A DNA stretch of 64,000 nt from assembly GCA_951406725.2 (NCBI GenBank), contig OX597817.1, forward strand, positions 10,726,001 to 10,790,000, in the 5' to 3' direction. The translations under genes and the position numbers were made by a program. How positions within the stretch are numbered: position 1 is the first letter of the stretch; each line of letters begins with the position of its first letter. The DNA comes from Octopus vulgaris. Taxonomy: Eukaryota. Below, piece by piece: positions 26,321 to 40,605 of the stretch. The notes below the pieces were generated by a model. It saw only the letters and a program-made list of their open reading frames with translations, was not told the DNA's origin and did no database searches.

Positions 26321-28078
26321 TTTCCCAAGCGAACATTTGGCAAGCGGGAAACATTCTTTTCTATTAATTTGGCTGACTACTTTTTATTTCATTCATTATG
26401 ATGAAACCTACGATCGTGTATATCGCTTTTTGTTTGTTTGTTGTTGTTGTTGTTGTTTTTTGTTTTGTTTTTTCTGTGCAAAGTATAATGAAAATTCAAA
26501 ACAGCGCTGTATTAAAGGAAAAAGAGAACGTGTTTTTAACAGAAAAATTTGGAAAATGGGAAAAACTCGTCAGCGCTTTGAGGGAAGTGTACTCTAAGTG
26601 TCATTGTGCCGTTAATGAATCCGGAGTGCTTATTTCTAAATGTAATAGCATTAAAAACCTGTTGAATGAAACTACAAGAAAACCTGTGCAAATGATTCGT
26701 AAATGCAGAATAAAAATTGAGAGCTTATGTTTTTTTTTTCGCCGATAGTGAATAAATAACCTTGCAAAGAAATGTTGAAAGATGCTGTGAGAGAAAGATG
26801 ATTATATTCTTCTAAAGTAGATCAGCAATGCTGGTACTGATAAATATCTGGGCCACAATATACAAGATGAGTTCCATATGATGGTGTATCAGTAATTTTT
26901 TTCTTGATTTCCAGTGTAACACAAATTCTTGAAACCCATCAGTGCAGAACAAAATAGGCAAACAGAGCTCATTCCTCCTGAAGCTGTCTTTGTTTAGCCC
27001 CATCAGCCCTGATCAAACAGACTGGCTGATTTTGTTGCGAAAAATTAACTTAGTAAAGAAAGCGCAAAGTTTTTAATTATTGTTAGTGAATATGTGTGGT
27101 AAGTAGCTTGCTAACTAACCACATGATTCCAGGTTCAATCCCACTGCGTGGCATCTTGGGCAAGTGTCTTCTGCTATAGCCCCGGGCCGACCAATGCCTT
27201 GTGAGTGGATTTGGTAGACGGAAACTGAAAGAAGCCTGTCGTATATATGTATATATATATATATATATGTGTGTGTGTGGGTGTTTGTGTGTCTGTGTTT
27301 GTCCCCCTAGCATTGCTTGACAACCGATGCTGGTGTGTTTATGTCCCCGTCACTTAGCGGCTCGGCAAAAGAGACCGATAGAATAAGTACTGGGCTTACA
27401 AAGAATAAGTCCCGGGGTCGAGTTGCTCGACTAAAGGCGGTGCTCCAGCATGGCCGCAGTCAAATGACTGAAACAAGTAAAAAAGAGTAAAAGAGTATAC
27501 CGAATCAAACAACAAAGAACGAAGACTAATACCGACGTTACGTCGTCAGATAGTTGGCGGTCAATTAAGAATTACTGCATGCCAAATACAAAATCTTCAG
27601 CAAGATTTTCAGTTATCATAGAAGTACACATGAGACTGCAACTATATTTATGCAACTGTAGATGAGTATACTTGGACAAAGCTTTTGGAACAACTTCAAC
27701 CGAAGGCTTTGGCAACATATTATCAAGTAAATTCTTTAAGTCAGCGTGTAACGAAAACTACAACACAAAATACTGTCTGACTTGATGAATGACTGTAGGG
27801 AGATTGTTATCTTAATTAAGTAGTTACAAAAGGAGAATTTACTTGATTAACTGAAGAAAAAAAACGTAAGCCAGAAAACTATTTCGTGCCTCGTCGTCTT
27901 AGCTTTGAGTGCAACCGGCTAGGCAGTATGCACTGCTCGCTTTCAACGAATTCTTGATAAGTATTCGATTCTACCTGAGTTTTGGTTAGAATGTGTATGT
28001 TACAATTGGATACTGATTTTCAGGTTCGTTAAACTAGATGCTAAACTCAAACGAAAATGTTTGATTTCTTCTTTAGAC
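26321..28078 (+). pseudogene. hAT transposase (ZMYM1/TTF zinc-finger type) pseudogene interrupted by a SINE
   Basis: FPKRTFGK, WLTTFYFIHYDETYDRVY...FCAKY (TTF Zn finger), FGKWEKL, YLGHNIQDE, QPKA, EIVILIK, RFQRILDKY and FDFFF occur in colinear order, with many stops and frameshifts. Confidence 0.65.
27093..27496 (+). mobile_element. CORE-like tRNA SINE with internal (TA)/(TG) microsatellite (family C)
   Basis: GGTTCAATCCC B box, CTTGGGCAAGT CORE-like motif, 3' hairpin CAGTCAAATGACTG and (TAAAAGA)n tail. Confidence 0.85.
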
Positions 28079-28089
28079 AAGATCTCAGT

Positions 28090-28642
28090 CAGCGAAATGC
28101 TGAGCGCTATTTCGTCTGTCTTCACGTTCTGAGTTCAAATTCCGCCGAGGTCGACTTTGCTTTTCATCTTTTCGGGGTCGATTAAATAAGTACCAGTTAC
28201 GCACTGGGGTCGATGTAATCGACTTAATCCCTTTGTCTGTCCTTGTTTATCTCCTCTATGTTTAGCCCCTTGTGGGTAGTAAAGAAATAGGTATTTCGTC
28301 TGCCGCTACGTTCTGAGTTCAAATTCCGCCGAGGTCGACTTTGCCTTTCATCCTTTCGGAGTCGATTAAATAAGTACCAGTTACGAACTGGGGTCGATAT
28401 AAACGACTTAATCCCTTTGTCTGTCTTTGTTTGTCCTCTCTGTGTTTATCCCCTTGTGGGTTGTAAAGAAATAGGTATTTCGTCTGCCGCTACGTTCTGA
28501 GTTCAAATTCCGCCGAGATCGACTCTGCCTTTCATCCTTTCGGGGTCGATAAATTAAGTACCAGTTGCGTACTGGCGTCGATCTAATCGACTAGCTCCCT
28601 CCCCAAAATTTCGGGCCTTGTACCTAGAGTAGAAAAGAATAT
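28090..28642 (+). mobile_element. SINE family M trimer
   Basis: Junctions at 28290 and 28474 (184 bp apart). The last unit carries tail B. Confidence 0.9.
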
Positions 28643-28654
28643 TGATAAGCATTT

Positions 28655-28900
28655 AAGTATTCTCAACCATTTTTTTTTTTTGCCTATGGACCCCTTTGAT
28701 TGCTATTTCACTCCACTGGACCCTCATAGCTGTTCGATGCTTAAATATTTTTATAACCAAATATTATTAGGAATTGTATTTACAAATTGTTAAAATATTT
28801 TATGTATTGAAGAAATATAACCAGTTTATTGCACATACATTTTAGCAATAAAATCTTATGTGGACCCTCAAGGGTCATATGAACCTCAGTTGAGAATTAC
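28655..28900. mobile_element. Degenerate hAT (MER5-like) MITE
   Basis: ATTCTCAACC...GTTGAGAAT inverted ends and internal GGACCC repeats. Confidence 0.5.
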
Positions 28901-29160
28901 CAAATTAAACACATGAATTTAAAACTAATGTTAGAAAATATTTTAACCATCTTCACTGTACGTCAGCACTAATATTCATTACCCCAACTCCTCGCCCATA
29001 AAACAACATCACAGCACCTATGTCTAAATAGTTTATCGCTTCAAAAACTAAACATTTAGACTGCTGATGGCATGATCACAAACTGCTTGAAATAGCAAGC
29101 ATATAACCCTTAAGTAACATATCACTGTCTTTAAAAAAATGTGAAAGATATTTTGAATAA

Positions 29161-29556
29161 TCTTTATATATAAAAGTAAGGTTGTGTGTCTGTCTGTCTC
29201 CTACGATTTAGATTCCTAACTACTCCCACATTTTGCGGTGCAGTTTAACCAAAAGCGGGTATCTTATAGTCGTGATTCATATCGAGCCCTTCTGGGTATT
29301 AGCGCGCGTCTACGATGAGTCTACGATTTTAAAAAAATTTACCATCAATTTTTCCCATTTTTAATGCATTTTGGGCATATATAAGGGAAGTAACTCTCTA
29401 AAAATGTATTATTAAATCTCAGAACGTAAAAAGCTACAGTAACACCCCCCCTTTGTGGTTAACCATATTGAGATGGCTATTATACTTTACATCTCTAAAA
29501 ATGCTTATATAGTTATTTCCCTTACAAACCCGAGCAACGCCGGGCGATACTGCTAG
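29161..29556 (+). mobile_element. Non-autonomous Helitron (longer form)
   Basis: TC start, hairpin plus CTAG end, A|T target. Homologous to 21238-21540. Confidence 0.85.
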
Positions 29557-30159
29557 TGTTATCTAAAATGATAAGATTCTCACATTATTGGTCTACCTGA
29601 CAAGAGTTAACCTAAGGCAGATAACAACTATTCAAAACACTCTATGTACTTGTGAAGAAGAGAACGACATCTATCTTAAATAAAATGAAGATAACGAAAT
29701 TTTAGATAAGGTTATAAACTAATTGTATGATAAATTCGACTATCTTAGTATTGGGTCTCATTATCATTACATACTCATTTCTTCTTTTAAAATAAAACTT
29801 TTCTGCAATAGGCACAAAGCCTGAAATTTTGGGAAGTGGGTGAATCGGTTACCTTGTTGCCAGTGTTCAAGTGGTATCTATTCCATCAACACCGGCGGAA
29901 TTTGAACTCAGAACGTTAAGACGGACGAAATACCGCTAAGTATTTGTCCGGCATACTAACGATTCTGCTAGTCCGCCGTCTTAAGTTGATTTAAAATAAT
30001 GATGATGGGACTCTCTCGCAGTCCGAGAAAGACGTTTCTGTAATTTCTTGATGAGCAACTTGTACAAATGATCTGTTAAAAGTCATCAAATGTATGTGCT
30101 GTACGTTAGCTAACTCCCCTCATCAAATCGATATTGCGTGCAACGGTATACGGTGTAAA

Positions 30160-30707
30160 TTCTTTTCTACTCTAGGCACAAAATTTGGGGTGAGCGGGCC
30201 AGTCGATTAAATTGACCCCAGTACGCAACTGGTACTTAATTTATCAACCCCGAAAAGATGAAAAGCATAGTTGATCTCAGCGGAATTTGAACTTAGAATG
30301 TAAAGACACGAAATACCTATTTCTTTACTACCCACGAGGAACAAGACACAGAGGGGACAAACAAGGACAGACAAACGGATTAAGTCGATTATATCGACCC
30401 CAGTGCGTAACTGGTACTTATTTAATCGACCCCGAAAGGATGAAAGGCAAAGTCAACCTCGGCGGAATTTGAACTCAGAACGTAGCGGCAGACGAAATAC
30501 TTATTTCTTTACTACCCACAAGGGGCTAAACACACAGGGGACAAACAAGGATAGACAAACGGATTAAGTCGATTATATCGACCCTAGTGCGTAACTGGTA
30601 CTTAATTTATCTACACCGGTGGAATTTAAACTTAGAACGTAACGGTGGACGAAATACGGCTACGCATTTCGCCCGGCGTGCTAACGTTTCTGCCAGCTCG
30701 CCTCCTT
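30160..30707 (-). mobile_element. SINE family M trimer
   Basis: Junctions at 30318 and 30502. Diverged tail-B unit at the 3' end. Confidence 0.9.
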
Positions 30708-31886
30708 AATAAAGGTACACGGTGTACCATGCGTCAGGTATCGAAGTGGTCGCAGAGCAAAGTGAGATGATGTGTTTTGCTGAAGAACACAACGCACCGC
30801 GCGGTTCAGGAATCGAAACCACAATCTCGCGATCGAGCTTGGTACACCCTCACACTCTTAACACTAGACCAAGCGCCCTCACTCTTGAAAATAATAACCG
30901 TGTGTGTGTGGGTGTGTGTGTGTGTGTGTGTTTAAAAAAATAATCTGAAGAAACACTTATGTTTGAAAAATTAGCTTCTTTGAGCAGTGGAAATTTATTT
31001 TGAAATCAAGAAATCAAGGATTTTAATGCGTGAACCAAGCGAGCTACCCATTTGTGGATGGGGGTGGATAATTAAAGAAAATAAGTAAATAAAGAAGTCG
31101 AAAATACCTGAATCATCCAGCGGTGCTTGTTATTAAGAAGTTGGTTACAAAAAGAGTTTAGAGGAGCTAATCATAGAAGACCGACATAGATTACCCCTCA
31201 ATATGTTTTCTAAATTCAGGAACTGCTATTCATGGATGAATAACGCAACCCTCCAATATGGTTTATGAATTAAAACTGCAGGGGTGTTGTTATGATAAGG
31301 ACTGGCGATGAATACAGGGGAGGGAGTAATTATAAGAACAAAAATTAATAACGCTTGGGACAGGTAGAGCGAAAAAGAAAACTGAAGATTTTGTTAGAGG
31401 AAATAGAAGAAACTAATGAAACGTAGAGATTGTTTAATTAATCCCTAAAAGTGTTGTTGTTGTAATTTTTGTACGTGATACACAGGTTTCCTGAGAGTAT
31501 ATCTAAGGCTACATAATACACTGTAACTTCCTTCTAAAAGGCGAAAAAGATTCTTTCGAGTGACATATAGGTGTGATTTCTAGCAAGTCTATCGACCACT
31601 TTAGGGTTCTCCTCAGAGACGTAGTAGACGGTGGGGTGTGGGTACAGAAGAGGAGTACTTTCTTCGGGCATAAGTATAAAGAGCCGCGAAATTTTGTTTT
31701 GCTTATTATGCTTCATAATTAAGGTGAAGGCGCCAAAACTGCCTTTGGCGCCTGGTTTGCGAACCCTTACTACGCCTTTGGGTTCTCTATGGGTTCCTTA
31801 ATTTCTGTAGTAACTTCCTGAACTGAGCAGTAACCGGATTTATTCGCTATCTTCCGATAGTTCTGCACGTTATTACTCTACAAACC

Positions 31887-32283
31887 TATTTCTTTACTAC
31901 CCAAAAGGGGATAAACACAGGGAGGACAAACAAGGACAGACAAACGGATTGAGTCGATTATATCGACCCCAGTGCGTAACTGGTACTTATTTAATCGACC
32001 CCGAAAGGATGAAAGGCAAAGTCGACCTCGGCGGAATTTGAGCTCAGAACGCAACGGCAGACGAAATACCTATTTCTATTTCTTTACTACCCACAAGGGG
32101 CTAAACATAGAGGGGGAAAAACAAGGACAGACAAACGGATTAAGTCGATTACATCGACCCCAGGGCGTAACTGGTACTTATTTAATCGGCCCCGAAAGGA
32201 TTAAAGGCAAAATCGACCGCGGCAGTATTTGAACTCAGGACGGCTACGCATTTCGCCCGGCGTGCTAACATTTCTGCCAGCTC
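31887..32283 (-). mobile_element. SINE family M dimer
   Basis: Junction at 32071 with TATTTC duplicated. Possible 6-bp TSD CAAACC. Confidence 0.9.
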
Positions 32284-33189
32284 CAAACCACTAGATCAAC
32301 TTATCAAGCTGTAAATATATTTCATGGAAACAGAGTTCAGTGACCTAAGAGAATATATCTGAGGAATTTAGAACAGATGTTTAAAGGACAAATGTCCTAC
32401 AGTTGCGTATAAAGTAAAATCTATTCATTGTGTCTTCAGTGGTGTTCCACGAACATGGTCATACGAACACACGAGTCAGAGAGTGAGCCTCTCCATGGTT
32501 TCTAAATCTTTTAGAAATAGTAGACAAGCCTCCCTTAAAGCACACCTTACTATCTTAAAATAAAAGGATGTATTGAATAATATAGTTCTAAAATTCCCTA
32601 CCTCCAAAAGCAGGTAGTTACAGCTGGAATGCTTTAATCAGACATGCTTAGTCAGGGCTTGCATGGAGTTAAATAAAACAAAGATACGGACATGGTTTAT
32701 TGTTGTCCATCTTTATGTGTGAATCTTTTGATGACCGATCTTTGATGTAAAACAGAGGTTCTCAAAGCAACATACGCAAGAGAAATTACTAGCCTACGCG
32801 AGACTCATAAAAACACTGGAATTTTAAAATAATTGTAACCAAGTAAATGCGAGTCGTGTATCTAGAAAACAGTGGAGATCCGTCTGTTGGTTCCGTTCAC
32901 TTATTGTTATGAATAAAGGTTATTAATAATGTTTATAACCAAAGTCAAAATTCGTGTAAGAATCAATTCGCAATGTGTGGATGTGGCTCTTTGAAATTGA
33001 GTTACTTGCTGGAAAAAAACAAAACAAGCTTTCTCATCTAATTGAAAAATATAACGTGAAATTAAATGAAACTGATTTCTTACAAAGGCACAAGCCCAGA
33101 AATTTTCGAGGTGAGAGAATAGGATTGAAAGCAAAATCGATCACGGTGACATTTGAGTCCTTTAAATTACATTAAATTAATAATAACTA

Positions 33190-33436
<247 letters not shown>

Positions 33437-34195
33437 CTCTAAGGCGGCGAGGTGGCAGAAACGTTAGCACTCCGGGCGAAATGCGCAGCCGTATTTCGTC
33501 TGTTGTTACGTTCTGAGTTCAAATTACGCCGAGGTCGACTTTGCCTTTCATCCTTTCGGAGTCGATTAAATTAAGTACCAGTTACACACTGGGGTCAATC
33601 TAATCGACTGCTCCACTCCCACAAAATTTCGGGTCTTGCGCCTGGAGTAGAAAAGAATAACTAATATATATCTATTGTCTGTTCAATAATATTTTACACC
33701 ATATTTTTCACACGGAGTACGTCAGCAGTACTGGACATGACGAAGAGGAACGCTGGGAGAAAAGTATGAAAACTCTTGTACAGCTTCCGTTGTAGCCGAA
33801 ACATGCAAGTGCAGCCTTCTCTTGGTAGTGCTGAGTAATTTTTTCTTTCAACCCCATCCATATCCATATCTACAGTCCTCGTCCAGCAGTGAGACCTTCG
33901 AAGTGAGCGACGGGTAGTGATGTCGTCTACTTTTGAAGGGTTGGTGTTGCTGCTTTTCAAAATAGTCTTCAGCCGGTTTTGAACCAGTACTTTGATCGTC
34001 CAATCAAGCGCTGAACATGGTATAACTAACCATGGAAAATCCTATGAGACAGACGCAAGTTAGACATGCAAACTACATGTCCGAACCATCTCGGTCGATG
34101 CTGGTACGGTGTGGATTTAATGAAACTGGCTTTGGTTAGAAATGTTTTTAATTCTAAGTAATTGAAAGGATTCTTTGGAAATACTGAATTTTAAA

Positions 34196-34367
34196 GTGAG
34201 ATCAATGTATCGTACCCAGACAGGTGAGATCAATGTATCGTACCCAGACAGGTGAGATCAATGTATCGTACCCAGACAGGTGAGATCAATGTATCGTACC
34301 CAGACAGGTGAGATCAATGTATCGTACCCAGACAGGTGAGATCAATGTATCGTACCCAGACAGGTGA
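34196..34367. repeat. 28-bp minisatellite, 6 perfect copies
   Basis: Unit GTGAGATCAATGTATCGTACCCAGACAG at 34196, 34224, 34252, 34280, 34308 and 34336, with no spacers. Confidence 0.95.
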
Positions 34368-34390
34368 ATAGTATGAACGACTACATGACA

Positions 34391-34589
34391 CTCTTTTACT
34401 TGTTTCAGTCATTTGACTGTGGCCATGCTGGAGCACCGCCTTTTAGTCGAGCAATTCAACCCCAGGACGTATTCTTTGTAAGCCTAGTACTTATTCTATC
34501 GGTCTCTTTTGCCGAACTGCTAAGTTACGGCGACGTAAACACACCAGCATCGGTTGTCTAGTGATGTTGGGGAGACAAACACAGACACA

Positions 34590-34663
<74 letters not shown>

Positions 34664-34820
34664 TACGACGGGCTTTTTTCAGTTTCCATCTACCAAATCC
34701 ACTCACAAGGCTTTGGTCGATCCGAGGCTATAGTAGAAGACAAGGGGTCACGCAGTGGGACTGAACCCGGAACCGTGTGGTTGGTAAACAAGCTACTTAC
34801 CGCACAGCCACTCCTACCCC
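34391..34820 (-). mobile_element. SINE family C
   Basis: Homologous to 27093-27496. Confidence 0.85.
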
Positions 34821-35883
34821 TAGATGAGAACCTTTGTATAGAGAATGAAATGGTTGTTTAGAGAGCCGCTTTTAGACCCTCGAAAGAGTACAGAAGCCTG
34901 TGGGAGACCAGATTTGAATTTCCCTGTCAAATAACACTCAAACATATGTACAGTTATAAGACACGCCAGGAGAAACCGGTTGTTATGCTTTGTGTGTTAC
35001 GCCTACATCTTAATTTTAGAAATTGTAACTCAAAAATATTGAGTCAACTCGGGAGCTACTGTGCAGTCACTCAACGTACTGGAAATACTAGTCAAATATC
35101 ATTGAATTTTGACACTGACATCTTGAGAAAAGAAGAACATATTAGATTATGTCGTAACAGATTTAATATATCTAAAAACAAAAAGCCTGTCATCGAGATT
35201 GGAACGCGGCCGTCCAAGAATTTGGACCTGGAGATCTCCATTTCTAGGGACTTCGAGGGCCACCTCCCAGTGGTGTCGGGCGTCAACGAAGAGCCCTCGA
35301 CTACAACAAGACGACCAGAGTTTGGTTTTTTTTTCCGAGATCTGGGGTCTCCCGCCCCTAAGCCCTAGACCATCACCTAATCACCCTTATCCATCTTGTT
35401 GCTTAACAACAACAACAGGATTGGAACGTATTTAATCACACATTTGCTAGATCCTGATGTTCAAGGGCTAAATAACAACAAAAAGCGGATACAGAACATC
35501 ACCCCCCCACACACACACACACACACACAGACATATTCTCAAAAAAGGCTTTTAAAGGAACTTGAAAAAACTAACACTGAAACATCTGTCAATCTATTTT
35601 CCTACTCCGTTTACCCTACTTTATCTCTTTCATTCTCTTGAAATGCGTCTTCGTGCGCCTTCCTAGAAATCTTGTTTGTGTAGCAGTCAAGCATCGTGTA
35701 GATACAGATCTATATTTCATTAGAAGGGGATACTTAATATGAGGACCCCCCAACATCGGAACCAACTCAGAGATTAATTTGGAAGAGCGTCTGGTTTTAA
35801 AATACAGAAGTAAATTCAATTGAAATCTATTCCGGGATATTCAGTTAAATAAACTGGAACGTTGAGTAGGATAAACGCACACG

Positions 35884-36001
<118 letters not shown>

Positions 36002-36482
36002 ATATCATGATCGTCACAAACACCTACGTGCACGTACGATGTACTTAACTGCAAATAAATGTGCTTGCGTCTATTGCGTGAACGCGTGTAAAGCAGAGAT
36101 ATGAGTGTATATTTGATCTCGTACATTCTAACACATTTGTAGTACTTGCGAGATCCGTTATTTTTATTTCCTTTCTTTAGAATGAATCATTTCAATAACT
36201 AACATGAACCTTTAACTACAGCTGAACTTTGACTTTGTAGATCTTACCCAGATGGTCGATTTTATATATATATATATATGTATTTATAAACTGCTGCTAT
36301 TACTTAACCCACTTCCTTTTTGGTCCGAAAATAGCTGTATCAGAACATTCTATAACAAAATACTTTACTGATATTTCACTAGTAGACGAGAATGAATGGA
36401 AACTGCACTTGAAATGAAAATGAAATCACAGTTCGCTTTGTAAATGTGTGTGTGTTTGTGTGTGTGTGCGCGCGTGTGGGGG

Positions 36483-36483
<1 letters not shown>

Positions 36484-36563
<80 letters not shown>

Positions 36564-36580
36564 TAGAGATAGATAGATAA

Positions 36581-36643
<63 letters not shown>

Positions 36644-36856
36644 TGTTTCTTTATTAGCCACACAGGACTGCACACAGACAGGACAAATTACAAGGTTGAG
36701 CTTTTCTTTTGGGGGTCAAAAAAGGGGGTTTGGTTTTCGATCAAAAGGGATCGTAAAGGGAAAGAAAGAGGACAAAAAAAGGGGGGAATAAAATTTAAAA
36801 AAAAAAGAAGGGGGGAATTGATCAATAGGGATCGTTATCACAGAAATGTCAATATG

Positions 36857-36951
<95 letters not shown>
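36484..36951. repeat. (GATA)n microsatellite split by a ~210-bp LINE 3'-end-like insert (36643-36856, -)
   Basis: The insert ends (minus strand) ...GTCCTGTGTGGCTAATAAAGAAAC, similar to the Tx1-like 3' ends at 43551 and 58943. Confidence 0.7.
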
Positions 36952-36952
<1 letters not shown>

Positions 36953-37384
36953 TCGTATGTCTCAGTAGAGAATCATCGAACTGTATAGATATGAAATTGG
37001 TCAGTCGCCGTATTTTATTTCCAATTCCAAACTGTCCTCGTTGGAATAGTCCTCAGATTTTGCAGTATTTCTTTAGTACAGCGTCAATATTTTCTAAATA
37101 AAGAAGGATAGATCGAGACAGAAAAATAAATGGTAGAACGCCAGATAAATTTCATTGTAGTATTTACTAACCTTCCTTTCAGTTATAATTGTGTTGTTAA
37201 GCAGTTCGCTTTCGTAATCCTTGTAACCCCTTGGGCAAGTCTTCTTTGCTATAACTTCGCACTGACCTCTGCCAGATGAATGGACTTTTGTGATAAAAAA
37301 AACTAGTAGAACTCTGTAGAATGGGTATGTATGTATGTATGTATGTATGTATCTTTGTATGTATGTATGTATGTATGTATGTAT

Positions 37385-37590
37385 AGTTAATCCAAACATG
37401 AACAAAGAAGAAGCACAACAATGCGAGGACGTAGAACAAGTATAGTGTTATTGGACGCTCAGGAAAGGAAAGAAAGAAGGAGGATTTAACGTTTCGAGCG
37501 GAGCTCTTCGTCAGAAATATAGAAAAAGGAAAGGTCCAAGGAAGGGAAGACGGAGAAAGAAAAATCGCCAACGATACACACGCGGTCACA
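37385..37590 (-). mobile_element. Penelope-like pseudo-LTR fragment with minimal hammerhead (37484-37518)
   Basis: Minus strand ATTT-CTGACGA-AGAGCTCCGCTC-GAAACGTT-AAAT. Second copy at 46601-46798. Confidence 0.7.
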
Positions 37591-37651
37591 TATTGTGTGT
37601 GTGTATTTCTGTGTATGTGCATGTGTATGTGCATGTGTGTGTGCATGTGTG

Positions 37652-37704
<53 letters not shown>

Positions 37705-37951
37705 TAGAATTCTAATATGCACACACATGCGAGAAAGGGCTACAAAACTGTGAAGTAGTACAAAGTATATTTTCTTTAATGTGGTATATGAAATACGCAT
37801 TTCCCTCTTTATTTCTTCACTAAATACTAGTGATTTAGTCCAGAATTCATTATAATCTTATATTATAAAAGAGAAGCTAATCTCCGTCTGTTTGTCCGTC
37901 ACAAGATATATATCTGAAGGAGAGGAGAAAAGTTGTTGATGAGTGAGAAAT

Positions 37952-37989
<38 letters not shown>

Positions 37990-37999
37990 TGTGTGTTTA

Positions 38000-38041
<42 letters not shown>

Positions 38042-38042
38042 G

Positions 38043-38123
<81 letters not shown>

Positions 38124-38278
38124 TGTTGTAACGAACAAGTTTTGATTAAAAACGCAGGAATTGTAAGTGCAAGTCTGTCACCACCACGCAACACACACAC
38201 ACAGAAACAAAAGACTTTCGCTATATAACAATATAGTTAGTAAATTTTGGTTGTTTGTGTGTTCATTTCTCTGTGTGT

Positions 38279-38338
<60 letters not shown>

Positions 38339-38879
38339 TAGAATTCTAATTTGTTTCAAGAAAGAAAAACAGGTTGTTGTTGTTGTTGTTGTTGAGAGAG
38401 AAATGCAGAGAGAGAAAGATTGCATGTGAAAAATAGACAGATGTGTTGAGTATTGTCACCATGGTAACTAACAAGCCTTTCACTATATAACAGTCTACTA
38501 ATAAAAGAAGGTACGTGCATGATAAACAAAGATTTTTACCGGCAGCGTAGCGACGTATAAAGGCCTAGTTTCCTATGTGGCTGTGTGGTAAGTAGCTTGC
38601 TTACCAGCCACATGGTTCCGGGTTCAGTGCCACTGCGTGGCACCTTGGGCAAGTATTCTCTACTATAGCCTCAGACCGACCAAAGCCTTGTGAGTGGATT
38701 TGGTAGACAGAAACTGAAAGAAGCCCATCGTATATATGTATGTATATATATATATATGTATGTATATATAATGCCGCTAATAAATTCCATATAACAAATA
38801 TTTCCCTAACCTTCTCGCTATCGTCTTAAGCAAGACTTGCAATGGATATGTTGAACTATTGGATTTTTACTGGTTTTCA

Positions 38880-39600
38880 TTCCATATTCAATTACTTTTA
38901 TAGAACACCACAGGTGTATGTAATTTTAAATCTTATAGGTGTTTACGTGTGGGTTAAAATTGCTAACAAGTCATTTGCAATGCTTTCATATTCTACAACA
39001 AAAAACATCGCTTCGAACTAAGAAGCTTAACTGCAGTTAAAGAAAAAGCATAACAGGGTTAATAGGAATATGGTATATCTCAAGTTATTCCACTGAATTC
39101 CAATTCTGGTTATGCATCTGATTTTGGCAGCTTGCAAACCACCAGATGCTATTTATACTCAAATATTGCTCGAGACGAGTCTATAATTGTTTTACACAGA
39201 ATCCATATACTAATTCTTTGTTTGAAAGTATTCTTCAAAATAGTTTCAACTTTGAAAAGTGATTTGGCATTCTTCGAGCATAGTTTGTTTGTATTTTCAA
39301 ATACATGCATCTTTTCAGCATCCTGTAACGACTGGGAAATGATCTCGGCGAGAATAATACAAAGGAGCCACTTTCTGAATTATCTTTTGAAATAATCTAA
39401 TGCTAATGTTTGGGAATGGCTAAATGTTTGAACAATATATATATGTAAGTATTCGTACTAATAATTTGTTAATAGTAATTTTCTTATGGGAATATTATTT
39501 CAAAATCCTTTTCTGGGTGTGCAAAAACAAGTTCATATACCCCGCGATAAAACGAGCATTTTCGACACTTTTGCAAAAAATGTCCATAAATTGTTTCAAA
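38880..39600 (-). pseudogene. Possible hAT transposase C-terminal (dimerisation) remnant
   Basis: Weak minus-strand similarity (FFLT...SSxExCF...MK; IILAEII). Heavily decayed. Confidence 0.35.
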
Positions 39601-39622
39601 TTAAATTAGTAGTCGTCAAAAA

Positions 39623-39785
39623 GCGCAGGCTTGGTTGCGTGGTAAGAAGCTTGCTTCCCAATCACATGGTACCAGGTTCAGTCCCACTGCGTGGCACCTT
39701 CGACAAGTGTCTTCTACTATACCCTCGGTGCGACCAAAGCCTTGTGAGTGGATTTGGTAGACGGAAACTGAAAAGAAGCCTGTCG

Positions 39786-39817
<32 letters not shown>

Positions 39818-39875
39818 TGTATGTATGTATGTATGTATGTATGTATGTATGTATGTATGTATGTATGTATGTATG

Positions 39876-39906
<31 letters not shown>

Positions 39907-39911
39907 TAATA

Positions 39912-39964
<53 letters not shown>

Positions 39965-40574
39965 CATTGTGTACAGTGCTCAGGTGCACTACAACTCATC
40001 TAAAGTGTATATATAATCAGGTGTAGTTTCGGCGGATTTCGGAAAGCATGAGGGCCTTAAAGGATGCAGTGTCATGGCAGTCAACAACTGACGCAGGCAG
40101 TTTATTCCGTGCTTCAGCAACTCTGAGCGTGAAAAAATGTTTCCGAAAGTCATGGGAGCTGTGTTGTTTTCTGACTTTGTAGGCATGTCCACGTGTGTTA
40201 GACACATGGAGATCATAAAGGTGTTCAGTGTTGTTGTTGGTGAGGTGGTTGATAACTTTGTGGGTGTTTACCAAGTCCGTCGCCAGACGCCGGAGCTTCA
40301 GTGAATCCATCCCCAGGGAAACAGGGTGTTCAGAGTATGGTAGGTGTCTGATGGAGGGTATGCGTTTGGTTGCACGTCTCTGGACAGATTCCAGGAGGTC
40401 AATGTTCTGAGCAAGATAGGGGTTCCAAACTGATGATGCGAATTCCAAGTGTGGTCGTACCATAGCTGTATACAGTTTTAAATAGATGGCTAGAGAGCGG
40501 CTAACAAAAGTCTTGCTGAGTGATGCCAAGACACCCTCGGCCTTGGTATGTATGTATGTATGTATGTATGTATA

Positions 40575-40605
<31 letters not shown>

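Noticed and set aside
31050-31720. Possible LINE endonuclease remnant (SQETC, VALFIHE on the minus strand)
   Set aside because: Motifs are too short and decayed to call without a search.
33700-34050. Possible RTE RT remnant on the minus strand
   Set aside because: Could not recover convincing conserved motifs.
34196-34367. CRISPR-like 28-bp repeats
   Set aside because: No spacers, no cas genes, and a eukaryotic context.
34946-35368. 140-aa ORF
   Set aside because: Composite of AT-rich and GC-rich segments, with no recognisable domain.
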